Positions 8,799 to 18,858 of a stretch of DNA of 64,000 nt are shown here, piece by piece. Each line of letters begins with the position of its first letter. The first letter of the stretch is position 1. The notes beneath the pieces are model-generated. The model was not told where the DNA came from, did not search any database, and was given only the letters and a program-made list of their open reading frames with translations. Source of the stretch: Clostridia bacterium (GTDB lineage: Bacteria > Bacillota > Clostridia > Oscillospirales > CAG-272); assembly GCA_017938205.1 (NCBI GenBank), contig JAGBCA010000014.1:25231-89230 (forward strand), given 5' to 3'. The position numbers and the translations under genes were made by a program.

Positions 8799-11700
8799 CT
8801 ATTTTTGTAGAAATAGCGATGCTGTTTGGAGCCCCGATGGGGAGCTTTTATAAATAAAGTTCGAGAGCGTGGAGGTGACACGCAAGGTAAGCGAATTCTC
8901 GCCTTTTTTTGCATATTCCGTAATATCGAGGGTATACGGTGCGGCATAGCGCAGTCCTGCTTTTTTGCCGTTTACATACACCTCGACGGTATCGCGCGTA
9001 TCCATGGAGAGAATGAGTCTGCCTTCTGTGCCGTAGGTGAAGGCGGTTTCGTACACACCGGTGCCACCAAAGCAAGCGTAGCCCTTATCGTTCCAAAGGC
9101 CAAAGCCCTGCTCTCCCGCCCTTGCCGTCAGCACGTGATCCGAGAAAAGGCGGAAATCACCCTTTAAGACGGGGGCAGGCAAAGGAAATGCGCGGTTATA
9201 GGAAGGAAGCGTGCAAACCGCGACGAGGCGGTTGCTTCCCTGCCCTGCAAGATCTGCTATATCAAACACACGATTCGCATAATGCCACACACGCTCGGAT
9301 GCAGTCTGTGCAAGGCACCGACCATTCAAGTAATAGGTGGTGTCCCAATCGGGATCGCAGACGACTTGCAAGCGAGAGAGCGGCGCATCCAATACAAAAT
9401 TATAGACGCATACCACCGTTTCGCCGGGCTTTGCTCCCTTGCCGTCCACAGGTGTCCAGCCAAAGTAATCTCTTTTGCCCTTTTGCGGAAGATAGATACT
9501 GTCACCGCCGCGGCAGAGAACGCTGTTATTCTCATTTGCCTCTACGGCAAGCGCACAAACATGGGCAGGATCTGCAAGGCGATGCGCCTTGACGATCGAT
9601 TCGGCAAGTGTGCCGCGCACGTTTCGCATATGCGGATGGGCAAAATTATCCCCCTCTATGGAAAATTTCGGGGCAGTGAGAGGAATTTCAACCGAGGTAG
9701 CGGGTACGGGCATTTCGATGCCCTGCTCGCCGAGAACGAGAATGTCGCTCTCGTAAGGAGCGAGGATAAAGGAAAATGCTTTTCCATTTCGCGCCATAGG
9801 ACGCTTTTCACCGCTTTCGGTATCGAAAAGGGCGGCGCTCTCTACGGAAAGGAGCGTGCCGCACACCTCTGTTTTTTCGGCATTGTCGTTAACGATCAAG
9901 GCATAATACCCCTTTTCGTCCTTACGGAAGGCGGAAAGAATGCCGTCCTTCGGCGCGAGAGAAAGCGGATAGCCGGATGCATCTCCAAGCGCACTTTTCA
10001 GAGCATTTGTAAATATGCCCATCGGGGCAATCTGACAGCCGTCAAAGGGCTGGCCGTGCTCCCATGCGGGATAATTTTCTCCCATAGCTTCATAGGCACG
10101 GCAGTTGACCTCTGTCATGGGCAGTGCAACCGCATATACGCTCTCACCGATCACCTTCAAGGGGTGGCCGTTCAAAGCGATCAGCTTTCCGCCGCCTTCT
10201 GCAAAGGCGCGGAGATTTTCATAGGTTGCTTTCTTCAGATATTCGGTTTCGGGAAGGATAACGGTATCGTAATACCGTCCGTCAATATACATTTTACCGT
10301 TTTTCACCTCGGCGGAATCGATCACCTGCTCAAAGCCGATCTCAAAGGGGATCTGCAGAGAAAGCAAGGAATTGACCGCACCGCAGATCGTCATATTGAT
10401 CGGGTGATCCCACTCGCCCTCGAGGGTACGGCCGCTGATCAGCGTGCGCGCCGTAGTGATCGGATAAAAAAGAAGCGTATGGGCATCGTATTCGGTCTTT
10501 GTTACGAAGGCTTGCAGGGCCGAGGCATATTTCGAGAGTGCGCCGTAATGCTTAAAGAGCGGGTTCTGGAAATTGTTCGTCATTGCCTGCGCGTTGGCCG
10601 CCAGCGCAAAATCGTATCTTGCACCCATATACTGAATAAAGTTGATGCCGAGAACGCAGAGCTTGTTGATCGCACGCTTCATATCCGCAAGGCCGATCTC
10701 CCATCCGCTGACCGTGAAGGTCTCCGAGAGGATGCGCTCCTTATGTAAAAAATGCGCGGCGGAGGATGCAAGCTTCGGCGTTACCGCAAAGGTATAATCC
10801 CCAAGGCGGAAATAGGTCAGGATCGAATCGATGCCCGGCATATCAAAACGCTTATAAAATTCGTAGTTATCTCCGGATCGGTATACCTGGGAAAGAATAC
10901 TCTCTTCCCCATCGATATGCCCCGTGGCGATAAGGTTGTTCTTCTTACACCAATCGTAGGTTCGGCCGGCAAAGCCCTCCATCATAAAGTCCCTGACGGA
11001 CTCCCAATAATCAAGAAGCAGGCGCTTGTCCTCTCCCCCAAAGAGACGCGCAAGATGCGGGATCAGATCGTAGCCACAGCGCTTCTCAAAACACTCTGCA
11101 AAGCGGCGCGACCAAGGAAGGGTTTTCAGATCCTCGCCGCCCCATTCGTGAAAATCAAAATAGGTTATAACCTCGTCGCAGAATACGCCCTTGACGCATC
11201 CGCCGAAGTCCTCTCCGATCTCTGCCTTATATTTTTCATGGGTTGATGCAATAAACGCATCCACAGCCTCGGGATCGAGAGTATCAAGATACCCCTCCTC
11301 GTCCTCCACGACCTCGGAGTTTTTCAAGGCGGCGATCTTGCCAAGATCCCATTTGCTGACAAAGATCTCAACGAGGATCTCTCTGTCCGTTTCGTTTTTA
11401 TAGATCAGCACGTCCTCTTTGACCGTGGGAGAAAAGGCTTCGCCGTTGGCTGTGGCAAGCAGAAGCTCGGTATGATAGCGCGCCTCTTCGGGCATCGGGA
11501 TCTCTGCACATTCACCGGGTGCAACCGTTTTTTCAATGCGGAGAAGGCATCGTCCGTGCGCCCACGGCGCTTGCTTCAAGACCTGCCCTGCCGCAATTCC
11601 CGATGACCAGTTATATTCATCGTAGATCCAATAATTCATGCCGAGGCGTTTCGCCTCATCGCGCGCGTGCTTAACCATACGGAAAAAGTACGGGCCAAGA

Positions 11701-11873
11701 TAATCCCCCACCGTTCCGAGCACGGGATGGATAAAGAAATCGCGCAAACCTTGCTTGAGAAAGCCCTCAAGCTGATAGGTCATCTCCGCCGTATCGATTT
11801 TACCGGAGGTAAACCACATCACGGCAGGGGCAAAATTTGCGTCCCCTTCTGAAAACAACTTTCGGACGTCCAT
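8799..11873 (-). CDS. GH106-like glycoside hydrolase (alpha-L-rhamnosidase-like)
   Basis: WIYDEYNWSSG, FCDE, PGID, KLASSAAH, SETF and a C-terminal beta-sandwich (VYVNGK...APYTLDIT...GEN); no signal peptide. Confidence 0.75.
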   Translation of the reverse strand: MDVRKLFSEGDANFAPAVMWFTSGKIDTAEMTYQLEGFLKQGLRDFFIHPVLGTVGDYLGPYFFRMVKHARDEAKRLGMNYWIYDEYNWSSGIAAGQVLKQAPWAHGRCLLRIEKTVAPGECAEIPMPEEARYHTELLLATANGEAFSPTVKEDVLIYKNETDREILVEIFVSKWDLGKIAALKNSEVVEDEEGYLDTLDPEAVDAFIASTHEKYKAEIGEDFGGCVKGVFCDEVITYFDFHEWGGEDLKTLPWSRRFAECFEKRCGYDLIPHLARLFGGEDKRLLLDYWESVRDFMMEGFAGRTYDWCKKNNLIATGHIDGEESILSQVYRSGDNYEFYKRFDMPGIDSILTYFRLGDYTFAVTPKLASSAAHFLHKERILSETFTVSGWEIGLADMKRAINKLCVLGINFIQYMGARYDFALAANAQAMTNNFQNPLFKHYGALSKYASALQAFVTKTEYDAHTLLFYPITTARTLISGRTLEGEWDHPINMTICGAVNSLLSLQIPFEIGFEQVIDSAEVKNGKMYIDGRYYDTVILPETEYLKKATYENLRAFAEGGGKLIALNGHPLKVIGESVYAVALPMTEVNCRAYEAMGENYPAWEHGQPFDGCQIAPMGIFTNALKSALGDASGYPLSLAPKDGILSAFRKDEKGYYALIVNDNAEKTEVCGTLLSVESAALFDTESGEKRPMARNGKAFSFILAPYESDILVLGEQGIEMPVPATSVEIPLTAPKFSIEGDNFAHPHMRNVRGTLAESIVKAHRLADPAHVCALAVEANENNSVLCRGGDSIYLPQKGKRDYFGWTPVDGKGAKPGETVVCVYNFVLDAPLSRLQVVCDPDWDTTYYLNGRCLAQTASERVWHYANRVFDIADLAGQGSNRLVAVCTLPSYNRAFPLPAPVLKGDFRLFSDHVLTARAGEQGFGLWNDKGYACFGGTGVYETAFTYGTEGRLILSMDTRDTVEVYVNGKKAGLRYAAPYTLDITEYAKKGENSLTLRVTSTLSNFIYKSSPSGLQTASLFLQK

Positions 11874-11902
11874 GCTTTCTCCTTCCCACGAGGTTCAATT
11901 GA

Positions 11903-12748
11903 TCATTTTACAAGAGTGCCGAGGCGCGTAACGAGCATCGGCATAGCCTCCTCGAAGTTGACACCGTAGAAGCGGCGGTTTTCATCCTGCATGGTTTTGC
12001 GGATGCACTCCAGCGTATAATCCACCGCGAGGGCGAGAGAATCCTCCAAGGATGCACCGCGCATATACGCGCCAAAGGCGCAGGAGGAATAGATGTCACC
12101 CGTGCCGTGGTATGCCACGGGAAGCTTTTCATTGTAATAGGAGAAGAATTTCTTCGTTTCGGAATTATAGGCGTATACGCCGATCTTTCCGGGCTCAAGG
12201 CTGATGCCCGTGAGGGCGGCGCATTTTGCGCCCTTCTCGGTCAGGCGGACGAGAATATCGCGGATATAGGCCTCGTCATAGGTCTCAACGTAGGGGATGC
12301 CGAGCATAAAGGCTGCCTCCGTAAGATTGGGAACGATGACGTCCGCCTTGCCGCAGAGGTCTCCCATCTTCAACGCGAAGGCCTCCGTGAAGCCATGATA
12401 CAGCTTACCGTGGTCAGCCATGGCAGGATCGATCCAGGTGACAAAGCCCTTCTTATCACCGAAATCACCGATGAACTCCTCTACGAGAGAGATCTGGCGC
12501 TCTGAGCCGAGATAGCCCGTATAGACCGCATCAAAATCAAGGGAGAGCTCCTTCCATGTATCGGTGATGGAAGGGATCTCCTCCGTGAGATCACAGAAGG
12601 TGAACTTCGGGAAGGCGGTATGCGTTGAGAGAACGGCCGTGGGGATCACGCCGCACTCCACGCCCATCGCGGAAATGATGGGGAGCGCTACGGTGAGTGA
12701 GCATTTACCAACACACGAAATGTCCTGGATGGTTACGATTCTTTTCAT
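11903..12748 (-). CDS. pdxK: Pyridoxal/pyridoxamine kinase
   Basis: QDISCVGKCSL, LSTHT, YTGYLGS, DPAMADHGKLY, PNLTEA, HGTGD. Confidence 0.92.
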   Translation of the reverse strand: MKRIVTIQDISCVGKCSLTVALPIISAMGVECGVIPTAVLSTHTAFPKFTFCDLTEEIPSITDTWKELSLDFDAVYTGYLGSERQISLVEEFIGDFGDKKGFVTWIDPAMADHGKLYHGFTEAFALKMGDLCGKADVIVPNLTEAAFMLGIPYVETYDEAYIRDILVRLTEKGAKCAALTGISLEPGKIGVYAYNSETKKFFSYYNEKLPVAYHGTGDIYSSCAFGAYMRGASLEDSLALAVDYTLECIRKTMQDENRRFYGVNFEEAMPMLVTRLGTLVK

Positions 12749-12755
12749 TTTCTTT

Positions 12756-14003
12756 TCAACTTCCTTTTTCGTTTTCTTTTATCAATTTTATGTCAGCTCC
12801 AAGGGTGGAAAATTTTTCTACGATATCCTCATATCCGCGCAGGATATAGGAGGCTCCCTCGATCACGCTCTCCCCTTTCGCAGAAAGTGCCGCCAAAAGG
12901 AGTGCCGCGCCGCCGCGCAGATCCGTTGCCGTAACGGTGGCAGGAATAAGACGTGAGGGAAAAATATAGGCCGTGCTTCCGTTTTTAACGAAAGAGAGGC
13001 CCATCGTTTCAAGAGCGGAGAGATAACCGAATCTATGTGGGAATACCCCTTCCGTGACGATACCGCCCATATGCGCGGCGAGGACAGCCGCGGTCTGCGG
13101 CTGAAGATCCGTTGGAAACGCGGGATACGGCGCGGTTTTTATCAATATCGGCGAGGATAATGCACCCGAAAGCGCGATTCGCCCATCCCTTATCAAGACA
13201 CGGGCGCCTCCCCCCGAAAGAAGGGATAAAAACGCCGAAAGATGCTCTCCTTCACACCCCGTGACGGTGACACACCCACCCGTGGCAAGCCCCGCCAAAA
13301 GATACGTTCCCCCCTCTATCATATCACCAACGACCGAGCAACGGCCGCCGTGCAGAGGTCTGCCCTCGACCACGAGCGAGGAACCGATGCGAAGGATCTG
13401 CGCACCCATGGAGCGCAGAAATACGATCAGATTTTCCACGTGCGGCTCGCATGCCGCATTCTCGATGACCGTGGTGCCCTTCGCGGCAGATGCCATTAAA
13501 AGCGCGTTTACCGTTGCTCCGACGGACACCTTATCAAAGGCAAGGATCGCCCCCGTCAGCCCCTGCGAGGCAAAAAGCGTATCCCCCTGCCGCCATGCGC
13601 CAAGCGCCTCGGCGGCGTATAAATGCATATCGATCGGGCGCGGCGAAAAATTGCACCCGCCGAAATCCTGCACGTACGCACGGCCGAAGCGGCCGAGCAT
13701 CGCGCCCATCAAATAAGTAGAAGCCCGCAGAGCCGCAACGAGATGCGGCGGCGGTAGGATCGGCTTCAGCGCTCTCGTCCCGATCTCGACCGTTGTACGA
13801 TCAAGATAGCGGATGCTTGCCCCCATTGCCGCGAGGATCTCAAGGCTTATCTCCACGTCTCGAATGGCAGGAAGGTTTTCTATCGTACAAGCATTTTCGG
13901 TTAAAATGGTGGCAAAAATCAAAGGCAGAGCGGCATTTTTTGATCCGCCTACGCGTACGGTACCCTCAAGCGGCTTTCCGCCCGAAACTATCAATCTTTC
14001 CAT
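12756..14003 (-). CDS. murA: UDP-N-acetylglucosamine 1-carboxyvinyltransferase (divergent paralog)
   Basis: GSKNAALP, LRAS, GGCNFSPRPIDMH (active-site Cys), SVGATVN, PAFPTDLQP, ATDLRGGAAL, RGYE. Confidence 0.92.
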   Translation of the reverse strand: MERLIVSGGKPLEGTVRVGGSKNAALPLIFATILTENACTIENLPAIRDVEISLEILAAMGASIRYLDRTTVEIGTRALKPILPPPHLVAALRASTYLMGAMLGRFGRAYVQDFGGCNFSPRPIDMHLYAAEALGAWRQGDTLFASQGLTGAILAFDKVSVGATVNALLMASAAKGTTVIENAACEPHVENLIVFLRSMGAQILRIGSSLVVEGRPLHGGRCSVVGDMIEGGTYLLAGLATGGCVTVTGCEGEHLSAFLSLLSGGGARVLIRDGRIALSGALSSPILIKTAPYPAFPTDLQPQTAAVLAAHMGGIVTEGVFPHRFGYLSALETMGLSFVKNGSTAYIFPSRLIPATVTATDLRGGAALLLAALSAKGESVIEGASYILRGYEDIVEKFSTLGADIKLIKENEKGS

Positions 14004-14124
14004 AGCGTTCTCCGATAACAGTCGAAGTTTTTCTGCTATTATCTTATTCCGCAACGGGAAAGAGAGTGAAATCGTTGGATATGCACACTGCGTGTGCGTG
14101 ATATATGCTTTAGCGCGTGAGCGA

Positions 14125-14373
14125 GTTGAGGAGGAGAAATTTCGCAAGACAAGGCGTAAGGACGGGAGCGAGGTGAAGCCGTAGTTACCTACGGCGATCT
14201 AAGCGACTCGGCCGACAACGCGGTATTGCGGGATTTATATCATTAACGAAGTTGAGGAGGAGAAATTGCGTGAGACGAGGCAAACCGAGCGAACAACGCG
14301 ACGGCATAGTTACCTATGTCGAGCGTTGTGAGTCGATGGTTTAACAAAGTATCACACAATTTATCCCCTCAAC
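14125..14373. repeat. Two tandem 123-bp long-hairpin (REP-like/structured) elements
   Basis: Units 14125-14247 and 14251-14373 both begin GTTGAGGAGGAGAAATT and end AAC, and both have a central TAG-TTAC-CTA hairpin with compensatory changes. Confidence 0.8.
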
Positions 14374-15451
14374 GGGCGTAGTAGGCGACGGCGAGATCAA
14401 CCACCAGCCCGTAGCTCGCTACTCCAACCGTGCCGTTCATTTCAAGATAGGCATTGTTGACGGTGGAGGAGACCTCTCCCAAGACGTGATCTCTGTAGGG
14501 CTCTAAAAACTGATTATACGCAACCATTTCGCCGAGGATGCGAGGATCTACGGTTTTAATAAATGCCTTATAGCCCTCGCGATCGGCACGGGCGTAGGCC
14601 GATATCACGTATTCAAACAGATTGAAAAGACCGCTATAGCGCACGTACTCATTTTCTGCATAGGTGCACACGAGAGAGGCAATGAAATTGGCTTCATTTT
14701 CTCTTGCGATGCCGCGCTGATGCGCGAACTCATGCGCCACGGTAAAGGGATGGTTGTAATCGGGATAGGTGGTATTGACGTTTGCCTCTCCCGTGAAGAA
14801 GGTATACATGCCGAGGAGCTCCGCATAGGTCATCCATTTACGGAGAACGATGGTTTTGGGACGGGAGGAAAAGTTTTTCGCAATCGGATGCTCGGAAAGA
14901 AAAGCATCGTACGCTTTGACGATCTCCGCCCCCGTTTCCTTTAAGGTAAGGGGATTCTCCGATGCACCGCTTTCCTTATAGGTGATAGTATCAAGAATCG
15001 CTTCCAGCTCCGAGAGAAGGATCTGCGAGGTTTCGGCAAGCTCCTCTGCCGAAACGGGATCAGCGGAAAGCCCCATCTTCTTATCCAGTGTTTTTGTGTG
15101 ATAGCCGGGGGCAAGGGTGAGCATATAAAGCGGATATAGCGGCAGCAGGATCGAAAGAATGATACAAAGCATACGCACGCGGCGCTTGCCCGTTTTGGCA
15201 TAGCGGAAGGAAATGATCACCGCCAGGATCGCAAGCAGAGGGATCGAAAAGATCAGCATTTCCGCAAAGGAAAAGGGGGCGATGGAGGTAATGCTTCCGA
15301 GAAGAAAGCGAAGCACGTGCGCAACACTACCGTTCACCGCATCGGCAACGGCCGAAAAACGGCGATACAGAACGGACAAAAGAACGCCGATCAAAAAAAG
15401 GCCAAGGCTGACATAAAAGACGATCGGTATGCATCTTTCGTTTTTTTTCAT
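14369..15451 (-). CDS. DUF3810 family membrane-anchored zincin-like protein
   Basis: N-terminal TM helices, PFSFAE, GMYTFFTGEANVN, HEFAHQRGIARENEANF (HExxH). Confidence 0.85.
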   Translation of the reverse strand: MKKNERCIPIVFYVSLGLFLIGVLLSVLYRRFSAVADAVNGSVAHVLRFLLGSITSIAPFSFAEMLIFSIPLLAILAVIISFRYAKTGKRRVRMLCIILSILLPLYPLYMLTLAPGYHTKTLDKKMGLSADPVSAEELAETSQILLSELEAILDTITYKESGASENPLTLKETGAEIVKAYDAFLSEHPIAKNFSSRPKTIVLRKWMTYAELLGMYTFFTGEANVNTTYPDYNHPFTVAHEFAHQRGIARENEANFIASLVCTYAENEYVRYSGLFNLFEYVISAYARADREGYKAFIKTVDPRILGEMVAYNQFLEPYRDHVLGEVSSTVNNAYLEMNGTVGVASYGLVVDLAVAYYAR

Positions 15452-15531
15452 AACGCTTGTTCCTCCCTTTCGTTCTCGGTTATTTTTTGCGCGCATCGCG
15501 CACGATATGCGCGCAGATCAAGGATGAAAAT

Positions 15532-15560
15532 ATTATACATCACTTTTTTTGCCGTGTCAA
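15532..15560 (-). promoter_or_regulatory. Perfect sigma-A promoter for the DUF3810 gene
   Basis: Minus strand TTGACA-17 bp-TATAAT. Confidence 0.75.
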
Positions 15561-15605
15561 GTTATTTTAAACACGATCTCCTTGTATTCGGGCGAGTTTT
15601 TGCAT

Positions 15606-15638
15606 AAAAAAGACCGACACCATTGGGCGTCGGTCTTT
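15606..15638. terminator. Intrinsic terminator
   Basis: AAAAAAGACCGAC...GTCGGTCTTT immediately downstream of the minus-strand gene ending at 15645. Confidence 0.7.
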
Positions 15639-15644
15639 AACAGA

Positions 15645-16406
15645 TCAGTGTATCTTTTTATTCGCCAATGCAGGCTCTTTCATTTCCGGAAGATCCTCGG
15701 GGAGAGTATAGTTTTCACCGAGGGAGCGAGAGATCTCACCCATGCGGTTGCAGCGCCCGCAAAGATAGGCCGCCTGCGATTCTCTATCGGGATACATCGC
15801 GCAAAGCTCACTGTAGAGGATCGGCTTATCCACCACGTGGGCTTGATTTTCTTTATTATAGTAGGTTACATAGACGGGAATGTCCATGCCGCGCTTTTTA
15901 CAAAATTCAAGAAGCAACGCAAAGCCGCCGTGGAAGCCCTCAAGAACATCTAAGTATCCTTTATCGGAAACCTCAGGGAAGATAACGATGCTCGTTCCCT
16001 CCGAGATCGCCTCCCAGGATTCGCGCAGGGTGTGCGCCAGGCGCATATCCTTATAGGTGGAGATCAGATTGAGCCCCTTATAAAAGATCCATGTGAGCGG
16101 AGAGGCCAACAGACAGAACATACGCGCGCCAAAAAGGTTCCAGCCGCGTTTTTCGTGATAGAACACCTCGCTCTGATATTTATACATGCTACCGAGGGTG
16201 CTGTTCATTTCATACGCGCCCCAAAAGCGCGTGGGACGATCAAGAAAGAGCTCGAAGGAAAGAGGCCCTGCCGTTCCCACGTGGTTGGATAGGATCACGC
16301 TTCCATCTGTAAATTCCTTATCAAGATAGACAAAATGGCTTTTCTTCTTCGTGGCCTTCAGCATACCTGCATAGGCCTTGAACCAGGCTTTACGCTTCGG
16401 ATTCAT
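15645..16406 (-). CDS. PlsC-like acyltransferase (atypical motif I)
   Basis: VILSNHVGTAGP (motif I), SIVIFPE (motif III), IPVYVTY (motif IV). Confidence 0.6.
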   Translation of the reverse strand: MNPKRKAWFKAYAGMLKATKKKSHFVYLDKEFTDGSVILSNHVGTAGPLSFELFLDRPTRFWGAYEMNSTLGSMYKYQSEVFYHEKRGWNLFGARMFCLLASPLTWIFYKGLNLISTYKDMRLAHTLRESWEAISEGTSIVIFPEVSDKGYLDVLEGFHGGFALLLEFCKKRGMDIPVYVTYYNKENQAHVVDKPILYSELCAMYPDRESQAAYLCGRCNRMGEISRSLGENYTLPEDLPEMKEPALANKKIH

Positions 16407-16522
16407 ACGTTCCCTCCTCAAATCGGATCTGAGGGCGGCAAAAAAATGCGCCCATACCCTGTTTTTTCGGGGTATGGGCATATTATAGCATGCAAAAATA
16501 AACTGAAACGAAACTTTGGGGC

Positions 16523-17713
16523 TTAGTTTTCCTTCAGCATCGGGATGCACATTGCGAGCATACGCATGACGTGGAAGGGGCCCTTATAGGTGTGTCCCTT
16601 GCAGGGTGGCTCAGTGGGCTTACCATCACGGCGCAGATAGCCGAACCACTCGCCGTATTCGCGATCCGAGAAGTGCGTGAAGGCGTAATCCACGGTCTTT
16701 TCAAAGATCTCGGCGAAGATCTCCTTACCCGTTGCACGGTAGAACATAAGCGCACCGATGATCGCCTCGTTATGCGGCCACCAGAGCTTCATATCGTGCT
16801 CGTAGGCCTCGACGGGCTTACCGAGAACGTCCTTAAAGTAGAGGATACCGCCGTATTCCTTATCCCAGCCGCGCTCAAAGGCCTCGAGGAAGATCTTCTC
16901 TGCAAAGGCGATGATCTCTTTATCGTTTCTCTTCAGTCCCTCCATGAGGATGAACCAGCTGCACTCCATATCGTGACCGGGGTTGATCACGCGAGTGGTG
17001 GCGGAATCGAGCATAAAGCTGCCGTCCGTGCCGATCGCCTCAAACATTGCACCGAACTCCTCGTTATGGAAGGACTTGATATCCTCGATCAGGGTGGTGA
17101 TAATATCGGTGTAGTACGCTTCCCTCTCCTTATCCGCATCGCGCATGATGGCGGTGACGTTCAGGATGATCATGGGGCAAGCGAGGGATTTCGTATCTCT
17201 CGTTTCAGCATAGGACTTGGGAGTGATCTTGAAGGGATCGGTGGAGCCGTCACGGTACATACCGAGAACGAAGTCGTAATACTTCACAGCCTCGGCAAGA
17301 TACTTTTCGTCCTTCGTTGCCATATAATATTCCGCATTTGCGATGATATAGAAGGTCTCGCTGAACCAATATCTTCTCTTACGCAGACGGCGGCCGTCCT
17401 TCGTGACGGTAAAGTACATTCTTCCGTCCTCGGGATCGATGCAGTTCTTCTTTGCAAAATCGATACAGCTTTTTGCAAAGGTCAGATATTCGGGGTTCTT
17501 CTCAATATTATTGTAGAGATAGGAGAACATCCAGCCGCAGCGCCCCTGCATCCAGACGCTCTTATCCTCGGAATATACCTCGCCGAAGCGATCAAGGCAG
17601 GTGGTGACGCCTCCTTTTTCCTTATCCTGACCGTATTTGAGCCAGAAGGGGATACAGGAATCCTTGAGCTCCGAGGTAAAAAGATCATAATACTTTTTCA
17701 TATCCATAGTCAT
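16523..17713 (-). CDS. N-acylglucosamine 2-epimerase (AGE family)
   Basis: DKSVWMQGR, NPGHDMECSWF, KLWWPHNE, YKGPFH. Confidence 0.9.
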   Translation of the reverse strand: MTMDMKKYYDLFTSELKDSCIPFWLKYGQDKEKGGVTTCLDRFGEVYSEDKSVWMQGRCGWMFSYLYNNIEKNPEYLTFAKSCIDFAKKNCIDPEDGRMYFTVTKDGRRLRKRRYWFSETFYIIANAEYYMATKDEKYLAEAVKYYDFVLGMYRDGSTDPFKITPKSYAETRDTKSLACPMIILNVTAIMRDADKEREAYYTDIITTLIEDIKSFHNEEFGAMFEAIGTDGSFMLDSATTRVINPGHDMECSWFILMEGLKRNDKEIIAFAEKIFLEAFERGWDKEYGGILYFKDVLGKPVEAYEHDMKLWWPHNEAIIGALMFYRATGKEIFAEIFEKTVDYAFTHFSDREYGEWFGYLRRDGKPTEPPCKGHTYKGPFHVMRMLAMCIPMLKEN

Positions 17714-17796
17714 GTTCCTCTTTGAAATTATTTTTCTCCATTGTAGCACATTTGCCGAAGGATTGCAAGAGATTTAAGGCGAAAAAGATCATTTTA

Positions 17797-18858
17797 CTAC
17801 TCTATAACGGGAAGCGTGACCTCAAAGACGGTGAAATCGTTTTCACGGAGGCATTTTACAGTGCCGCCATGCAGGAAAACGATCCTCTGCACGACCGAAA
17901 GGCCGATGCCGTTTCCCTTCTTTTCTCCCACACGATCCGACTGATAAAATTTCGTGAAGATCTTCTCCCTCTCCTCCTCGGGGATCTCGGGGCCCTCGTT
18001 CATAATGCGAACGGTTATGCCCTTTTCCACGTGTGCAAGGTTGACTCCAAGTATGCCTCCCTTGGGAGAATGCTTGATCGCATTTTCCAAAAGATTGAGC
18101 CAAACGTGCTTCATCAGATCCTCCCCGGCGGTAAGCATGATCTCCTCGTCCGTTATATCAAGAGAGAGCGACTTGTCCGACCAGCTTTTTTCCAGCATCA
18201 GAAGGCAAGTACGCAGCTGCTCCGAAAGATTATAGGGTGCAACGTCCGTCAGGATACTCTGCGAATCCAGCTTGGTCATATGCAAAACGTTCGTTGTCAG
18301 CATCGAAAGACGGCCAAGCTCCTCCTCGATGATCGAAAGATATTCCTTTTGCTTCTCCTCGGGCAGCTGCTTGTTCTTCATCAGTCCCACGAGTCCCTGC
18401 ATCGATACGATGGGCGTTTTAAATTCATGAGAAAAATTATTGATGAAGTCCGAGCGCAGGATCTGCACGTGCTCAAGCTCCTCTGCCAACGTATTGAACT
18501 GCCGATACGCACGCTGATAGATGCCCTTGTGCTCCACAAGGCGCGTTTCATACCGCCCGACCGAGAGATCGGACATTCCTTTTAAGAGCGCATCAAAGGG
18601 ACGGACAACGTATCGCCCCGCGAACCACGAAAGCAGCGTTCCCATAATTACGCTCACGCCGCCGACCAGGAGCGCAGACTCGATAAAGGTGAAGCTTGCA
18701 TCCTGCACGACGCCGAAGCGCAGCAGAAGATATTCCAGCACCGTAGAAAGCGCCTGTGAAAAAACGATCATGCCAAAGGCAAAGAGAATGATCACGCTGC
18801 GCATCTGACGGCGCGTTTTCAGATTGTCTTGTGTTCTTTTGCTCTTTCTCATACGCAT
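17797..18858 (-). CDS. HAMP-domain sensor histidine kinase
   Basis: Two TM helices, SHEFKTP H-box, NLLENAIKH, IFTKFYQ, GNGIGLS. Confidence 0.93.
   Translation of the reverse strand: MRMRKSKRTQDNLKTRRQMRSVIILFAFGMIVFSQALSTVLEYLLLRFGVVQDASFTFIESALLVGGVSVIMGTLLSWFAGRYVVRPFDALLKGMSDLSVGRYETRLVEHKGIYQRAYRQFNTLAEELEHVQILRSDFINNFSHEFKTPIVSMQGLVGLMKNKQLPEEKQKEYLSIIEEELGRLSMLTTNVLHMTKLDSQSILTDVAPYNLSEQLRTCLLMLEKSWSDKSLSLDITDEEIMLTAGEDLMKHVWLNLLENAIKHSPKGGILGVNLAHVEKGITVRIMNEGPEIPEEEREKIFTKFYQSDRVGEKKGNGIGLSVVQRIVFLHGGTVKCLRENDFTVFEVTLPVIE

Noticed and set aside
14125-14373. CRISPR array or integron attC interpretation of the tandem repeat
   Set aside because: Only two units, the 'spacers' are homologous and self-complementary, and there are no cas or intI genes. 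The hairpins run GTT...AAC, the reverse of attC (AAC...GTT).
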